Shown here: positions 1 through 13,091 of the stretch, piece after piece | How the letters are laid out: each line of letters opens with the position of its first letter | Position numbering within the stretch: the stretch's first letter is position 1 | Assembly: GCA_035084275.1 (NCBI GenBank) | Contig: CM068743.1 | Coordinates: forward strand, 44,392,001-44,456,000 | DNA length: 64,000 nucleotides | From: Hydrolagus colliei | Taxonomy: Eukaryota | Reading direction: 5' to 3' | The notes under the pieces: model-generated | The model's input: the letters and a program-made list of their open reading frames with translations, nothing else | What the model was told of the DNA's origin: nothing | The model's database searches: none | Made by a program: the position numbers and the translations under genes

Positions 1-870
1 GGGGCAGGGGCAGAAAGGTGACCAAAAGCCCGGTTGAAGAGAAAGGTCTTCAGCTGTGACCTGAAACTGCAAAGAGAGGGGGCGAAGTGAGTGAGGAAGG
101 GAGTTCCAGAGCCTTGGTGCATAGTGGCTGAAGGCACGGCCGCCGAGGGTGGAGCGGAGGATTCGGGGGACATGGAGGAGGCCAGACCCAGAGGAGCGAA
201 GGCAGCGGGTGCTGGGTTGGGGGGACAGGAGATCAGAGAGGTAGGGGGGTGCAGAGGAGTGGAGGGATTTGAAAACAAGGGTGAGGATCTTGAAGTCGAT
301 CCTCTCTGGAATAGGGAGCCAGTGAAGTCTGGCAAGGACTGGGGTAATGGGGGAGCTAAACTTAGAGTGGGTGAGTATGCGGGCGGCAGAGTTTTGGATT
401 AGCTGGATTTTGTGGATTGTAGTGGAGGGGAGATTGGCGAGGAGGGCGTTGCAATAGTCCAGCTGAGAGGTGACAAAGGCATGGTCCAAGGTTTCAGCGG
501 CTTTTGAGGTGAGGTATTGCCGGAGACGGGCGATTCATTGGAGGTGGTAGAAGGAAGTGCTGGTAACGGACCAGATGTGGGGGAGGAAGGACAGTGGGGT
601 GAAACCTGACGCCTAGGTTGCAGACAGGTTCGGAGAGTTTTAGGGGCAGGCCAGGAAGGTGGAGGAGGTGAGAGCCATGTGAAGTGGAGAAATAGACTTG
701 GGTATCATAAGCGTACATGTGGAAGTGTGCCCCATGTCTGCGGATGACATCCCCAAGAGGGAGCGTGTAGATGAGGAAAAGGAGGGGGCCAAGGATGGAT
801 CCCTGGGGAACCGCACAGGTAACTGGATAAGAGCGGGAGGAAAAACTGTTTGTGGAGATGCACTGCTGTA
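1..870 (-). mobile_element. L2-clade LINE fragment (ORF2 RT C-terminal part plus 3' region), internally deleted, runs off window start
   Basis: ORF 494..889(-) has [16 protein letters not shown] and FHMYAYDTQ (RT YxDD region). It is closely similar to the copy at 62.6-64.0 kb. Confidence 0.9.
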
Positions 871-871
871 C

Positions 872-1128
872 ATCTCCTAGATATCTCAAAGCACTTCACG
901 GAATATATTGTAAAATGAATTGACTGTACATTTGTGAGCGAAATACAGCAGCTAATTGTACACAGGGGTTTCCCACAAACACTAGTGGATTGAGTGATCA
1001 AATTTTTTTTTTTTTGCTGGATGATTATCCAGCATGTAGACTAAGGAAACTTGCTCAAGATTTTGCCCTGCTGGGAATCAAACACATTTCTCTCACTTCA
1101 AAGGCAAGTTCTCAAACCACTAAGCTAC
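872..1128 (-). mobile_element. tRNA-derived SINE (main family), tail lost
   Basis: Reverse-complement match to the SINE body (aaggaaacttgc, aattgactgta) and a degraded tRNA head. Confidence 0.8.
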
Positions 1129-1506
1129 TGTGATAAAAACACATTGGTCTTTCCCATTTTTACCCTAATAAATCAGAGCATTGTCCATCGAGTTATTGAA
1201 ACACATCCAATTTACCTCAGACAAATCTCTGCCATGTTTGTGGTCCTCTTATGGACCATAGGTGAATCTGAATCTTCCTTATAAATGTTTCTCTGATCAT
1301 TTTGGATTGAAGAAGACTAGGTCTTGTCTCTAGAATAAGGCCTTCTCCCAGTTGCCCTTTTGTTAAGAGTTAACATTTCCTTTTCATTCCTTCCCTCAAC
1401 TGGATAATATGCTTTGCAATCCAGAAATAGCAATACTCAAATGTGCATCTAATAGGCATAGTTTTGTTGCTCACCATCTGATCTGTGTTTTTTCTACTCC
1501 TCACAG

Positions 1507-1540
1507 AGTTAGAGGCTGGACAGCTTGGAGGCTCAGAAAT
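1507..1540 (+). other. Candidate small exon (34 nt)
   Basis: Acceptor gtgtttttttctactcctcacag and donor AAT|gtaagt. Reads (E)LEAGQLGGSE. No recognisable homologue. Confidence 0.25.
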
Positions 1541-1569
1541 GTAAGTATTGATTGAAATGTTTAAAATAA

Positions 1570-1890
1570 AGAAAGGAATTGAAAAGCTAGAGAGTGATGG
1601 CTCGACGTTTTGGCAGAGGAAAGCCTCTGCCTTTTAAGCCTCTTAAAATGAAAGCTAAGCTTAGAAATCAGATCAGAAACCACAATAGAGCGTTGTGAGA
1701 ATGTGGAATACATTGTTTTGGAAGTCCTTGGAGACAGAAACAATTGGCATAATTTAAATGAGCTAAGGTGATTGAGATACAATGTTAATTTAAGAGCTAT
1801 AGAATAAAAGGCAGAGCAATGGAATTTTAAAAATAACCACCGTGATCCAATAAACTGGTGGATGAGGCTCAATGAGGTGAAATGTCTTCT
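1570..1890 (+). mobile_element. Degraded CR1 LINE 3' end
   Basis: Weak similarity to the CR1 ORF2 C-terminus and 3'UTR; ends in a ttctatgatcctat-type tail. Confidence 0.5.
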
Positions 1891-2539
1891 GTTTCTATGA
1901 TCCTATATTCCGATAAATAGTTTGATGAAGTTATTCATGGATCACATGAGTCTTCAATATTCTTAGATATTTATGGAAATCAAAAGGTCAGGCCTTACAG
2001 TATGAGCCATTCAAGCTGTGCAAACCAATTATTGGTTTTGGCATCTTAATAAACCTTGTGATTGAGAGATGTTTTACTTCAGCATTAATCAGGTCAGATC
2101 TCACAAATGTGATGAAGAATGAAAGACTCCAACAATTTTTACTAACAGATGATGAATCAGTACAGTCTGAGGAAGTTCCTACAAATGTCATTCACACCCA
2201 TTTCAGTTCAAAAAATTGCTAAACTGTTTAAAGATCTCCTGCCAGGCTTTTTTTCTCTGAATGGTACCTGCTAACTACCGAGTGCAGGCTCATACTTGTG
2301 CTTGGTAGAAGTGAAATAACCAACCACTGAACTACTTAGCTGGGGCTTAAGGGAGTTTGGAATCAGAGGCAGCAAATGGGCTGATAAAGTGCGATACAAA
2401 TAAATATAGGTACTGTACTACAAATGAGAACAAGAATAGGAAGCACAATTACTCAATGAATAGGATAGAGCAAGTTTAGAGGGAAGTTGAAACAGATCGA
2501 GAGGTGTTAGTTGGCACTGCTAATACAGCGTAAGGCAGC

Positions 2540-2637
2540 AGCAAAAAAAATTGCTGGGAACACTCAGCAGGTCAGGCAACTTCTATGGAGAAAGAAAAGT
2601 GAGTCAACATTTCGAGTCTACAACCCTTTGTCACAAC
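2540..2637 (-). mobile_element. Penelope-like terminal repeat fragment with a decayed hammerhead core, inside a degraded CR1
   Basis: Reverse complement gtgacaaagggttgtagactcgaaatgttgactcacttttctttctccatag... matches the repeats at 13165-13260 and 13559-13670. Confidence 0.7.
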
Positions 2638-2955
2638 ATGCAAATGCAATATTGGGCTATATTTCTAAATCATTTAAGTTTAGATGTGAGATGTCATAAT
2701 TAGGCTGTTCAGTGCTATTATCAGATCACTGATGATGACCTTTGTTAAATATAGATAAACATATGTAGAACTCTCAGTCTCCTGAATACACTTAAGAACA
2801 GTCATAGGTTTCTGCATATGTCAGGCACCCAGCAATCAAAACCAAATAGAGCAACAACTTGCATTTATATAAACACACTTCATACTGGGCACTCTCAGAG
2901 CGCTTACCCATACCTCCATCTTTTTCAGATTTCCAGCATCTGCAGTATTTTTTAT

Positions 2956-5040
2956 TGACTGGAAAAGGGCTCGTTTTGATGGGCTAAAAAGGGACCTAGA
3001 GTTGGTGGACTGGCAAGTAAGATTGGCAGGTAAAATGACTCATGAGCAATGGGAGATCTTCAAAGATATGACAGTTCAAGGTCTAAATAGATATATTCCC
3101 ACAAAAGGGAAATGTGCGACAACCAAGCCAGCCTGGATGACCTAGGATATTCTGTCTAGGACGAAAAAGAAGAAGACAGCGTATGACAATTGGAAGACGC
3201 AAGATACTGAGGATAACAAAGCGCATTATAGAGAATGCAGGAGTGATCTTAAAAGAGTGATAGGACAGGCTAAAAGATCGCATGAGAAGAGGTTAGCGGA
3301 TAACACAAAGGGGAATCCTAAAATATTTTATAAGCACATAAAGGAAAAAAGGTTAGTTAAAGGTAGGATAGGGCCAATCAAAAACAATGATGGCAATGTT
3401 GTTGTGGAGGCAGAGGGCATAGCTGATGTTCTGAACGAGTACTTTGCATCTGTCTTCACAATGGAAATGGATGCCCTAAATGCCACAGTATTGGATGAGA
3501 GGGTAGAGGAAATAGATCAGATTACTATAGTCAGAGAGACAGTTCTGAAAAGATTGACTGGGCTCAAAATTGATAAATCACCAGGACCAGATGGGTTTCA
3601 ACCAAGGTTGCTGTGGGAGATACGGTTTCAAATAGCGGAGGCTCTGGCCACTATATTTCAATCTTCATTGGACACAGGAGTGGTGCCAAGAGACTGGAGA
3701 GTGGCTAATGTTACCCCCCCTCTACAAAAAGGGGCAGAAAGACAAACCCGGAAATTACAGGCCAGTCAGCCTTACTTCAGTAATAGGAAAACTACTGGAG
3801 ACCATAATCCGGGACAGAATAAATCCCTATTTAGAGGAACACGAGGTAAATAGAGACAGCCAACATGGATTTGTTAAAGGCAAATCTTGCCGAACAAATC
3901 TAATAGAATTTTTTGAAGAGGCGACTGTGAGGGTTGATGAGGGAAATGCGGTGGACATTATTTACATGGATTTCAAAAAGGCTTTTGACTCAGAACCGCA
4001 TAAGAGATTAATAAAAAAATTAGAGGCCCACGGTATTACGGGGACAGTGGCAGTTTGGATTAAGAACTGGCTGAGTGACAGAAAGCAGAGGGTGGTGGTT
4101 AATGGGTGTTTTTCTCGAAATGGAAGGAGGTGTGCAGCGGTGTGTCCCCAGGGATCGGTATTGGGACCACTGCTCTTTCTAATATATATTAATGATCTGG
4201 ACTTGGGCATAGAGAGCACTATTTCCAAGTTTGCAGATGATACAAAGTTAGGTAGGGTAGTAAATAGTGAGGAGGACTGTAACCAACTGCAAGCAGACAT
4301 ACACAGAATGGTGGAATGGGCTGACGTGTGGCAGATGGATTTCAATGTGGATAAGTGTGAGGTGATACATTTAGGTAGAAAAAATGATAGGAGGCAATAT
4401 AGACTTGGTAGCTTAATCTTAAGTGGGAGAGATCTGGATGTTCAAGTAAGCGAATCATTAAAGGTAGCAGGGCAGGTAGATAAGGCAGTAAAAAAGGCAT
4501 TTGGTGTACTGAGCTTTATTAGTAGGGGCATAGAGTATAAGAGTAGGGAGGTTATGGTTAATCTATACAAAACACTGGTTAGGCCTCAACTGGAGTACTG
4601 CGTCCAGTTCTGGGCACCTTACTTCAGGAAGGACATTAAGGCAGTGAAAATGGTGCAGAGGAGATTCACGAGAATGGTATCAGGAATGGGGAACCTTAGC
4701 TATAAGGACAGGCTAGAGAAATAGTGCTTTTCCCATTAGAGAAGAGAAGGTTACGCGGGGACCTGATAGTCTTCAAGATCATGAAAGGTTTCGACAGGCT
4801 AGATAGGGAAAAGCTGTTTCTGCTGGTAGGTGTGTCTGTGACCCGTGGTCACAGTCTTAAGATATCTACCAAAAGAAGCAGAGGGGAGGTTAGAATAATT
4901 TTTTTTTTACTCAGCGAGTTGTTTGAATTTGGAATGATCTGCCTGAAAGAATAGTGAGGTTCGATTCGATAGCAGCTTTTAAGAGAGAACTAGATAGGTA
5001 TCTGGGGAAGACTGGTTTGCAGGGTTATGGGGAGATGGAT
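2956..5040 (+). mobile_element. CR1-clade LINE, 5'-truncated, frameshifted ORF2 reverse transcriptase
   Basis: ORFs 3257..3853, 3708..4724 and 4724..4954 contain [64 protein letters not shown] and RRLRGDLI. Confidence 0.95.
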
Positions 5041-5459
5041 CGATGGATCGATTGATTGACCACTCTTGGCAATTTGGGGATCCATAGCGATAGAACCAAG
5101 GGATGGCTGTCACACTCATGATGTATTAAATGTTTTCACTTATCAACTGTATTGACTCCATCTGTTAATATTGCAATAATTATCAGTGGTGTTAATAAGC
5201 CACACAATCCAATTTTTGCACGATTTTTACTTTTTGATTCAAGCTATGTAACTTCACATCCCTAACAATAATTCTCTGAGTTGATACTTTAGTTCCCTGG
5301 CATGAAAGACTTATTGACATGGTAAAACAATGTCATAAATTATAAACTAGCTTCAATGCCATGAAATCACAAAAAATGCTATCACACAACACAGTAAGTT
5401 TTACCACTCAAACATGTAATTCCCCCAATAAGGAGAACTCCAGGACTCCAAAACCAACA

Positions 5460-5800
5460 TGGAGTCCTGTAGCTCAATGGTTAGGGCACTCACCTCGCAA
5501 GTGAGAGACATGGGTCTAATTCCTGCCGTAGTGAAACCTTGAGCAAGTTTCCTCACTCCACACACCTGATAATAATCCCTCAAAAAACCCCAATAATAAT
5601 ATATATATAATATATAATATATTGGTCACTTTAATCCACGACTGTTTGTGGGACATTGCTAAGCGCCATTGGCTGCCACGTTTCGCCTCAAAAATATACA
5701 GTCAATTCACTTTACTGTATATTCTGTAAAGCGCTTTTAGATGTTTGTAAGATGTGAAAAGTGCGAAATCAAATGCAAAAATTATTATTTATTATTACTA
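5460..5800 (+). mobile_element. tRNA-CORE-Deu-L2-tail SINE, full length
   Basis: tRNA-like head ggagtcctgtagctcaatggttag, CORE-like accttgagcaagtttcct, Deu-like ctgtttgtgggac...ttggctgcc, L2-type tail and (att)n. Confidence 0.9.
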
Positions 5801-7559
5801 TTCATGCCATACAAAGAGCCATTCGGTGTAAGAATAATTAAATCTGGAGGTACTCCAGTAGAAAGATGCAAAAACTAATCTACAGAGAGACTTAATAGCG
5901 AAACAATTCAGATTTTCTCTATAAATTAATAGTCTTGACAGTTTATAAAATTATTTATATAGGATGCCCACCTGACTGCTTTGCAATGCTTGAAGCAGAA
6001 AAAAAAAAGGATGGACACTTCAATGAATAAATTTTGCTTTTATTTAATGTGATACCCCATCAATAGGCATATTCTGTAAATCTGCAGAGAAAACTAACTT
6101 CAAAGTAAATTATTATGGTAGAGTCAGTATGTGTGTGTGTGTAGAATCACATTCATGCCTGGTCCAACCAATGAATTTAGATTAATGATCCTTCAACCTC
6201 TCCTCCTTCCTCTTCCTTTCTAGCCTACTTTGAAGCTTTGGTGTTAGCCGATGTCCGGATCATATTTTTTTTCGACCTTCCTCAGGTCTCCACCCACCTG
6301 GTTCAGGTACTCAGTCAGCTCTGCGAGAGCCTTGAGATGTCCTCCCATTGTGAGCGAGGCTTTATGAATCTAAAATTGTTGTCGTTCATGTTGTCCCCAG
6401 AAGGATATTAAATGTAACGTGTTGCATGCAAGGTCAAGGATATTGCCATAGAAACAGTCACTGGTAATGCTATGCTCACATTGCATTCATCCTCAGGTAC
6501 TCCATCACAGGTCTGTGATTATTTCTTAATACAGTGTATCATCTATAGACTTTGCTCCTGTGCCATTTCCAGATATCATGACCTTGCCTTGTATATATGT
6601 GTGTGGTGGCAATATCTGCTAGGTCTCAATTCTGGCTCCCCCCTGTCTATAGCTTGTACCATGTTGACTTCAGACATCTTTCCAGGAAAGCGAAAAAGTA
6701 ATGGAAGAAAACAAACACCAATCTAATTATATACAATGCAATGGTAGAACACTAGCCTACAAGATTGCCAGCAACAACCTGACATTTTGTTTCATCAACT
6801 GCATGTTAGCCATGAAAAATTATCCAAGAAATCTAGTGCAATGCAATAATATAGAACAACTACTTGCACTTATATAATGCCCTCCATGCCAGGTAATGTT
6901 TCAGAGCTCAGTGGTGGAGCCTGACACTGAGCTGGGGGTGGAGTGGAGGTTGGTGGCTGTATACATGGTCGAAGTGGAAGGTTTTCAGGTGAGACTTGAA
7001 GAAGGGGATTGATTTCAAATATAAGAAGACAGATATTTCTATGCATATGCACCCAATGTCAATGCGCTTCCATCTCTGGCTTTAAGACAATGATCCCCTA
7101 TATGTTGAAATCAATTGCTAATTTGTGATGTTTACCTTCAGATTTATAATGCAATTGGATCCAATTTCCAAGAATTGTTAAGAGCAAAATCTTCTAAAAC
7201 CTAGATATGTCTATGGTCAATTTGTTTGAATGCTTGCTCAGAGCATTCAATGTCTGTTCAGTGTTCTGTGAGGTCATCTTACAGTTAAAGTAGTTGGGTA
7301 GTATCCAACAGGAGAATTAGGAATGCTGTACTTATATTTGATGGGACAGCTGAAGACACATCTGGAAACCTGAAGGTTTCACTGCTTAAATTTTTTTTGA
7401 TGCATCTAGCAAATTACATACCATATCACAGAATTAAAGTCTAAAACCTTGCACATAATGAGTAACCAGTGTTTAGATGACGGAAGACTGAATGGTTATA
7501 TAACTCTTCTTTAACTAATAGAATATAGGAATAGGAATCTTGTGAATTATGACAAATAA

Positions 7560-7946
7560 TCAATAGTAATAATCCTTGCATTTGATATAGTGTCTTGTCA
7601 TGTCTTGTAGATGTCTCAAATAACTTCACAGAATATACTGTAAAAGTTAATTGACTGTATGCTTTGTGGACCCAAACACAGCAGCCATTTGCGCACAGCA
7701 ATGTCACACGAACTGTCATGGACTGAAGTGACCAAATTATTATTACTTTAAAAAAAATATTTTTTGAAGGGATTATGTCCCCCCAAAAACAATCTGCCAA
7801 TCAACTGACAGCCAGGTTCCCATTTAATGATAGATAAACAGAGGTGTGTAAAGAAACTTGCCTCATGTTTCACCATGCCTAGGAATCAAACCCAGGTCCT
7901 CCCACTTGTGAGGCGAGTGCTCTAACGACCATGGTACAGGACTCCA
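7560..7946 (-). mobile_element. Main SINE, long subfamily with extended CORE-like block
   Basis: Head (ggactcca) at right and tail at left; carries the extra taaacagaggtgtg block absent from short copies. Confidence 0.85.
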
Positions 7947-8189
7947 AAAGACTGCATTCTAAAAAAAATTGTTGATCATTCATATCCATTTCCTATCCTT
8001 GATAATTTCACATCTGAGGTAAAACTTGTACATATCAAGGATATTCAGACCTTGGTAAGTAGAGACCATGGTATCTCTGTTGTCAATAGCAAGATAAGGT
8101 CATGGAAATTAAAAATGAGCACACTTTGCAAAATCTCTCAGCAATCTACTCGCTGGTTGTTAATGCAAAGTTGCACTTAGATGGCTCAT

Positions 8190-8350
8190 TATACACAATA
8201 CTAAATGACTCATCCAAATTGACAGTTGCTTCAGCAATGCATTGGAGTGTTGCCTTAAATTTCATGGGTTCTATTTCCCAAAGTGGAGCTTGAACCCACA
8301 ACTCTAACTCAGGAGCGAGATTGCTTCCAACTGAACCAGGCTGGCACACA
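8190..8350 (-). mobile_element. Old tRNA-Deu SINE head (SacSINE1/AmnSINE-like)
   Basis: Reverse complement tgtgccagcctggttcagttggaagcaatctcgctcctgagttagagttgtgggttcaagctccact resembles the head at 14352. Confidence 0.6.
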
Positions 8351-9224
8351 TTGTAGATTTTGATAGGGTGCTTACTTCCCCTTATTTCTCTTGATTCTGT
8401 ATTAAATTGCTGTGTATCTACTCACCACTATCAACCAAAATTGTTCTTTTGTATTGTACAGAAAGATTGGGATGAGTTGGCAGAATAACAATAAAAATAA
8501 TTGTATTTGATATTGTGCCCATCACATCATCAAATTATCTTGAAGCACTTTACGGGATTCACTGTAGAGTGCAGTGACTCTTTATCTTTAGGTGACCAGG
8601 TAACTCAGGATGGACTGATATATTGAAACTGGGAACTGGTTTGTACAGCTCTGTTCCACAATCTGTAGTCCCTTAAACAACCATCTGGAGAGCTTGGTTC
8701 AAATTTTAAAAAAATAAATCATATTTTTGGTTTCAAGCTTCAGAGCCCTTTAAATTAAAGTATTTGTGAAACTGAGGCTTTGTTCTAGTGTTCTTGAATC
8801 ACGGAGATTAGGCAGGGATCTGTGAACATGCACACACACCAGATGACAGTTCCAAGAACCACAAGTGTGTATCCATCACTGATCCCTTAGAAATAGTCAC
8901 TGATCCCCTAGAGTGTCAGAACTCAGACATTCATCACTAGCTCTCTGGAATCTAACAGTAAGGTCAGAACAGAGGTTCAAGGAAACATACTGCAATCTAT
9001 GATATCACAAAATCCTTGCAACTGAATTTAGGTAACCACACAAGCAGTTTGCGAAGATAATATGTATTTGATTTGTAATAAAGAGGTTAGGATTCTTAGG
9101 ATTCATATTATCAGTTACTCTGGAATAAAAATATATTTTGAATAGCAAACATGGTTTGGGACAAATACCAGATACTGTACATAGCTTTAATAATCCTTAT
9201 AATTCTTGTATTCGATATAATAAT

Positions 9225-9548
9225 AATATTAGTAATAATCCTTGTATTTGATATAGCGCTTTTCACATCTTATCAACATCTCAAAGCGCCTCACAGAATA
9301 TACTCTAAAGTGAATTGACTGTATATTTGTGGGTGAAACGCGGTAGCAAATTGGGCATAGCAGTGGTCCTACAAACTGTCGTGGATTGAAATGGCCAATT
9401 TTTATTATGTGGTTTTTTTGGACGGAATATTATTCGGCATGTGGAGTAAAGAAACTTGCCCAAGGTTTTGCCCTGATCTGCCTGGATTCGAACACAGGTC
9501 TCAATCTTGTAAGACGAGTGCTCTAACCACTGAGCTGCAGGAGCTCCA
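9225..9548 (-). mobile_element. Main SINE, young full-length copy nested in an older SINE tail
   Basis: Complete head-to-tail match; pieces of an older tail lie on both sides (9190-9215 and 9550-9640). Confidence 0.9.
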
Positions 9549-9769
9549 CATGATATAGTGCCTTATCATGTCTTCGAGATGTCTTCAAGTGTTTCACAGA
9601 ATATACTGTAGGTGAATTGATTGTATTTTGTGAGCAAATTATTTATGCGGTCTTCAACCTTTATTAATTTTCAAAATTTATTACAGATTAAAATTAACAG
9701 TAACCAGAATGCTGTATAAAAAAGCTATTTTTTTCTGAAGTAAAACCATCTGTTGAAGTCACTTAAGTA

Positions 9770-10075
9770 GCCATTCTTCACGTGTTTAACATTAACAGCC
9801 AATGTCTGCTAGGCTTTTTGACAGTGAGAGGCATAACTGCCAAGCCAGATCTGTCTTTAGCTGACGTCCTCACATACAAACTTTCCAGCAGGGTTCATTC
9901 GATAGCAATTAGGAACTGGAACCTGACTTTTTTTTCCTCCCTAGCACAGGTGTGATGAAGCCAAGTGTAGTGCCCCGACTGCTGTCACAGCTAAAAACAG
10001 CAAATGGCACAGACGAGCGATTGAATCTGGTCTATAAAAATCAGTTTCATGCTGGCAGTGTTTTTATCAGTTGAG
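9770..10075 (-). mobile_element. Ancient tRNA-derived SINE of a different family (unclassified)
   Basis: Reverse complement has a degraded B-box-like ttcaatc head and a body (ggggcactacacttggc...ctagggagg...cctgctggaaag...gaagaatgg) recalled from old chondrichthyan SINEs. Confidence 0.45.
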
Positions 10076-10731
10076 GGAGTTTGCAGAAAGATGCTTTGTC
10101 TATGAATAATGAATTAATACGGATTCAACTTATTGTCTGAAAATTAGGTTAAGAATATCCACTGCATTAAGTAAAATATATGAAAGGAATAAAAATATGA
10201 ATTAGCCATATCTGTGTCCGAAATACGTCTTGCAATATTATTGCATTTTTAACATTCTCATTGTTTTTCATAATTTTCATAAGTTTTCCATCGGTATTTG
10301 ACTATATAATTTTAATTTTTAAAAAGTAACCATCAAACAGATAAGGTCAATGATGCATTCCTAATTGTAGAAAACTTGGGTAATTTAATAACAACAATCA
10401 ACAGCAAAAAGTTCCATTCATGTAGGCCTAAGGCACTAACAATGGAAATAATACTAACAATGGAAATACAATTTAGTTAAACCTGTGGCATTTTGTGATG
10501 CATTATTCCTTGTGCTACTTTACAAGTTTTTGGTTTAAAGTTCCACTTTGGGACCTTAAGCTGTTCCATTCATAGGGAAATCTATAAGCGGAATTCAGGT
10601 TTGAATACTCTAAAGCATGATCATTGGTTTCCACAAGTGTCGGACACCCAGTTGAACAACAATAAATATTATTTTGCAAACAGGGTAACTTTAATTCTCT
10701 CAGCAAATCACCACATGATTAATGCACTGAC

Positions 10732-11547
10732 AAAAACAAAATTATAGTTATAGAGCGCCGTTCACGTTGGGAGGATGTCCCAAGGCGCTGAACAGTCAGA
10801 ACGTGATCTGAGCAAGGGAGAGGGACAGGTTAGGAGGGTGGGGCAGGAGAGAGTTAGGAGGGGAGGGAGGGAGTTGGGAGGTCAGCAGAAGGCACGGTCG
10901 AAAAGGAGGGTCTTGAGACCGGCCTTGAAGAAGGAGAGGGAGGGAGCGAGGCGAAGGGACTGTGGAATGGAGTTCCAGAGTATGGGGGTAGAGAGACTGA
11001 AAGCCCATCCGCCGATGGTAGGGTGGGTCGGCTGGGGACATAGTTTTGAAAGGAGGGGGCGGCAAGGTTAATAGTGGGACAGCAGGTCGGAGAGGTCAGG
11101 GAGGGGGGCAAGGCAATGGCCTTGAAGGTGAGGACGAGGATCTTGAATTCAATCCTCTGGGGGTTAGGGAGCCAATAGAGCCAGGCAAGGGTGGGAGTGA
11201 TGTGGTCGTGGAGCTTAGTGCGGGTGAGGACACGAGCTGCAGAGTTCTGGATGATCTGCAGCTTACGAAAGGAAGAACCAGGAAGGTCGACGTGGAGGGA
11301 ATTTCCATAGTCAAGCCTTGATGTGATAAATGCGTGGACGAGGGTTTCAGCAGCCTGAGGGGTGAGGCAGTGGTGGAGTCTGGCAATGTTGCGAAGGTGG
11401 TGGAAGACAGTACTGGTCATGGTGCGGATGTGAGGGAGGAAGGACAGTTCAGGTTCGAATAAGATGCCCAGACTCCTGACTGACTTAGAGAGGTGGAGAA
11501 AGAAGCCTTGGATGCTGATGGTGTCAGCGCCTGAGGTTCTGCACCCT
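10732..11547 (-). mobile_element. L2 LINE 3' fragment
   Basis: ORF 10854..11420(-) has [32 protein letters not shown] and WLPNPQRIEFK; L2 tail at left. Confidence 0.9.
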
Positions 11548-11994
11548 GATATATTGAAAAAGCAACTGGAGTTATAATGAAATTAAGATGTTTTGGATAA
11601 TCAATGATGTAACTGTATTGGTTTAAAAAATTGCTCTGTACCATGGAAGCCACATTTCTGACTGGAAGTAATTAAGCTTTAATCAGTGCTGGCTTGGATC
11701 TATTGGGATTCAGTCTCTGGACACGGGGATTTATAGATGAAAGAATTAAAGCTTCGGGATATCATATACTGTACTTCACACTTAAGCTAAATGTCATCTC
11801 ACTTGTCCTTGCACATCATCATATGTGCCTGGGGTATTACTGACATTTGAATCTTTCAACGGCTAAAGGGAACATTTTGATTACGTTATATTATTCTAAG
11901 CTTGGTGCTACGTGGCTTTTTTATTCCTTGGTCTTCTCCTGTGTAAGGAATAAGCTCATATTGGTCTGAAATCAGATGCAATCCAGACAAATTA

Positions 11995-12400
11995 ATTTGA
12001 TCAGACATAGCTAAACAGGTTTGGCAACAGAATGTCAGAATTGAGCCAAGCCGCTGTGGCGGTCTCAGTAGTCCAGTTCCTGGGACCCCAATACTCCAGG
12101 GTTCTGCTGGTGATAGTCCAGCCAGTCTGGCTCATCAGCAGGACTAGCAAGGGCAGATTTGTCATTGGAGGCAGGTCATCATTTCACTGAGTTCCGATTA
12201 GCCTACAAGCCAAAACCCTAAAGGTGCTGTGGTCCTAGCCGGACAAGCAGCAGAAAAGCTTACCAGATAGTGCTTTCAGTATCAAACTATGCAGTTTTAG
12301 ATTGTAGCTGTACCACAACACTTGAGTCTGCAAGTCTTGGCTCCAGCCAACCTGCTCCTAACACTGTCTGCAAGTAGATAAGCAGGGAGTGTGTGCTTTC
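11995..12400. repeat. Unclassified interspersed repeat, copy 1 of 3
   Basis: Aligns by eye with 26810-27240 (same strand) and 37085-37320 (opposite strand). Confidence 0.75.
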
Positions 12401-13091
12401 GATAATAATGAAATTCCCTGAATTTCCATTCGTAGCTAGTATGCCAAACTTCATGAACTCAATATCAGGGGGAATTTAATTCCTTTGCTGTATTCTTGTT
12501 TCCAACAATAAGTAGTGAGCGCACCTGCCTCACAAGCAAGAGGACCAGGGTAAGTTGATTGGAAGATCATTATTCTGAGGATACTAATAATTTTAAAAGG
12601 AATAAAAACAATAATTTGATCAATGGTTATTTGTGGGACACTGTTATATGCAAGGCTGCTGCATTTCACCCATAAAATACACAGCAACTCCACTCTACAA
12701 TATATTTACAATAATTTCAGCAACTCCACTCTACAATATATTCTATGGGACATCTCAGCAAAGTGATTGGACACTATATCAATTGGAAGGATTATTATAA
12801 TTATTAACATAATCCTCCAAGCATTAAATCTCATCCAGAATACACTCAGTGTGAATGTGGTATCACTGTGCTCTGTGCCAAGCTGTGAATATACACTGTA
12901 TTGTGTTTACGAGCAAAAAAAATAATGTCTCTCAGGCAATCCCAAAAGAATTTAAGATACTTACAATAAACGGAAGCCAATGGGCTCACCAGCAATCAGT
13001 ATAGGATACACTACCCTAACTCTGCTACCTATGTGCACAATTGGCTGCCGTGCTTCACCTACAAAATATACAATCAATTCACTTTACAGTG

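Noticed and set aside
3257-4954. Reverse transcriptase as a host gene, retron or other novel RT system
   Set aside because: Typical CR1 ORF2 motifs with frameshifts, a stop and 5' truncation.
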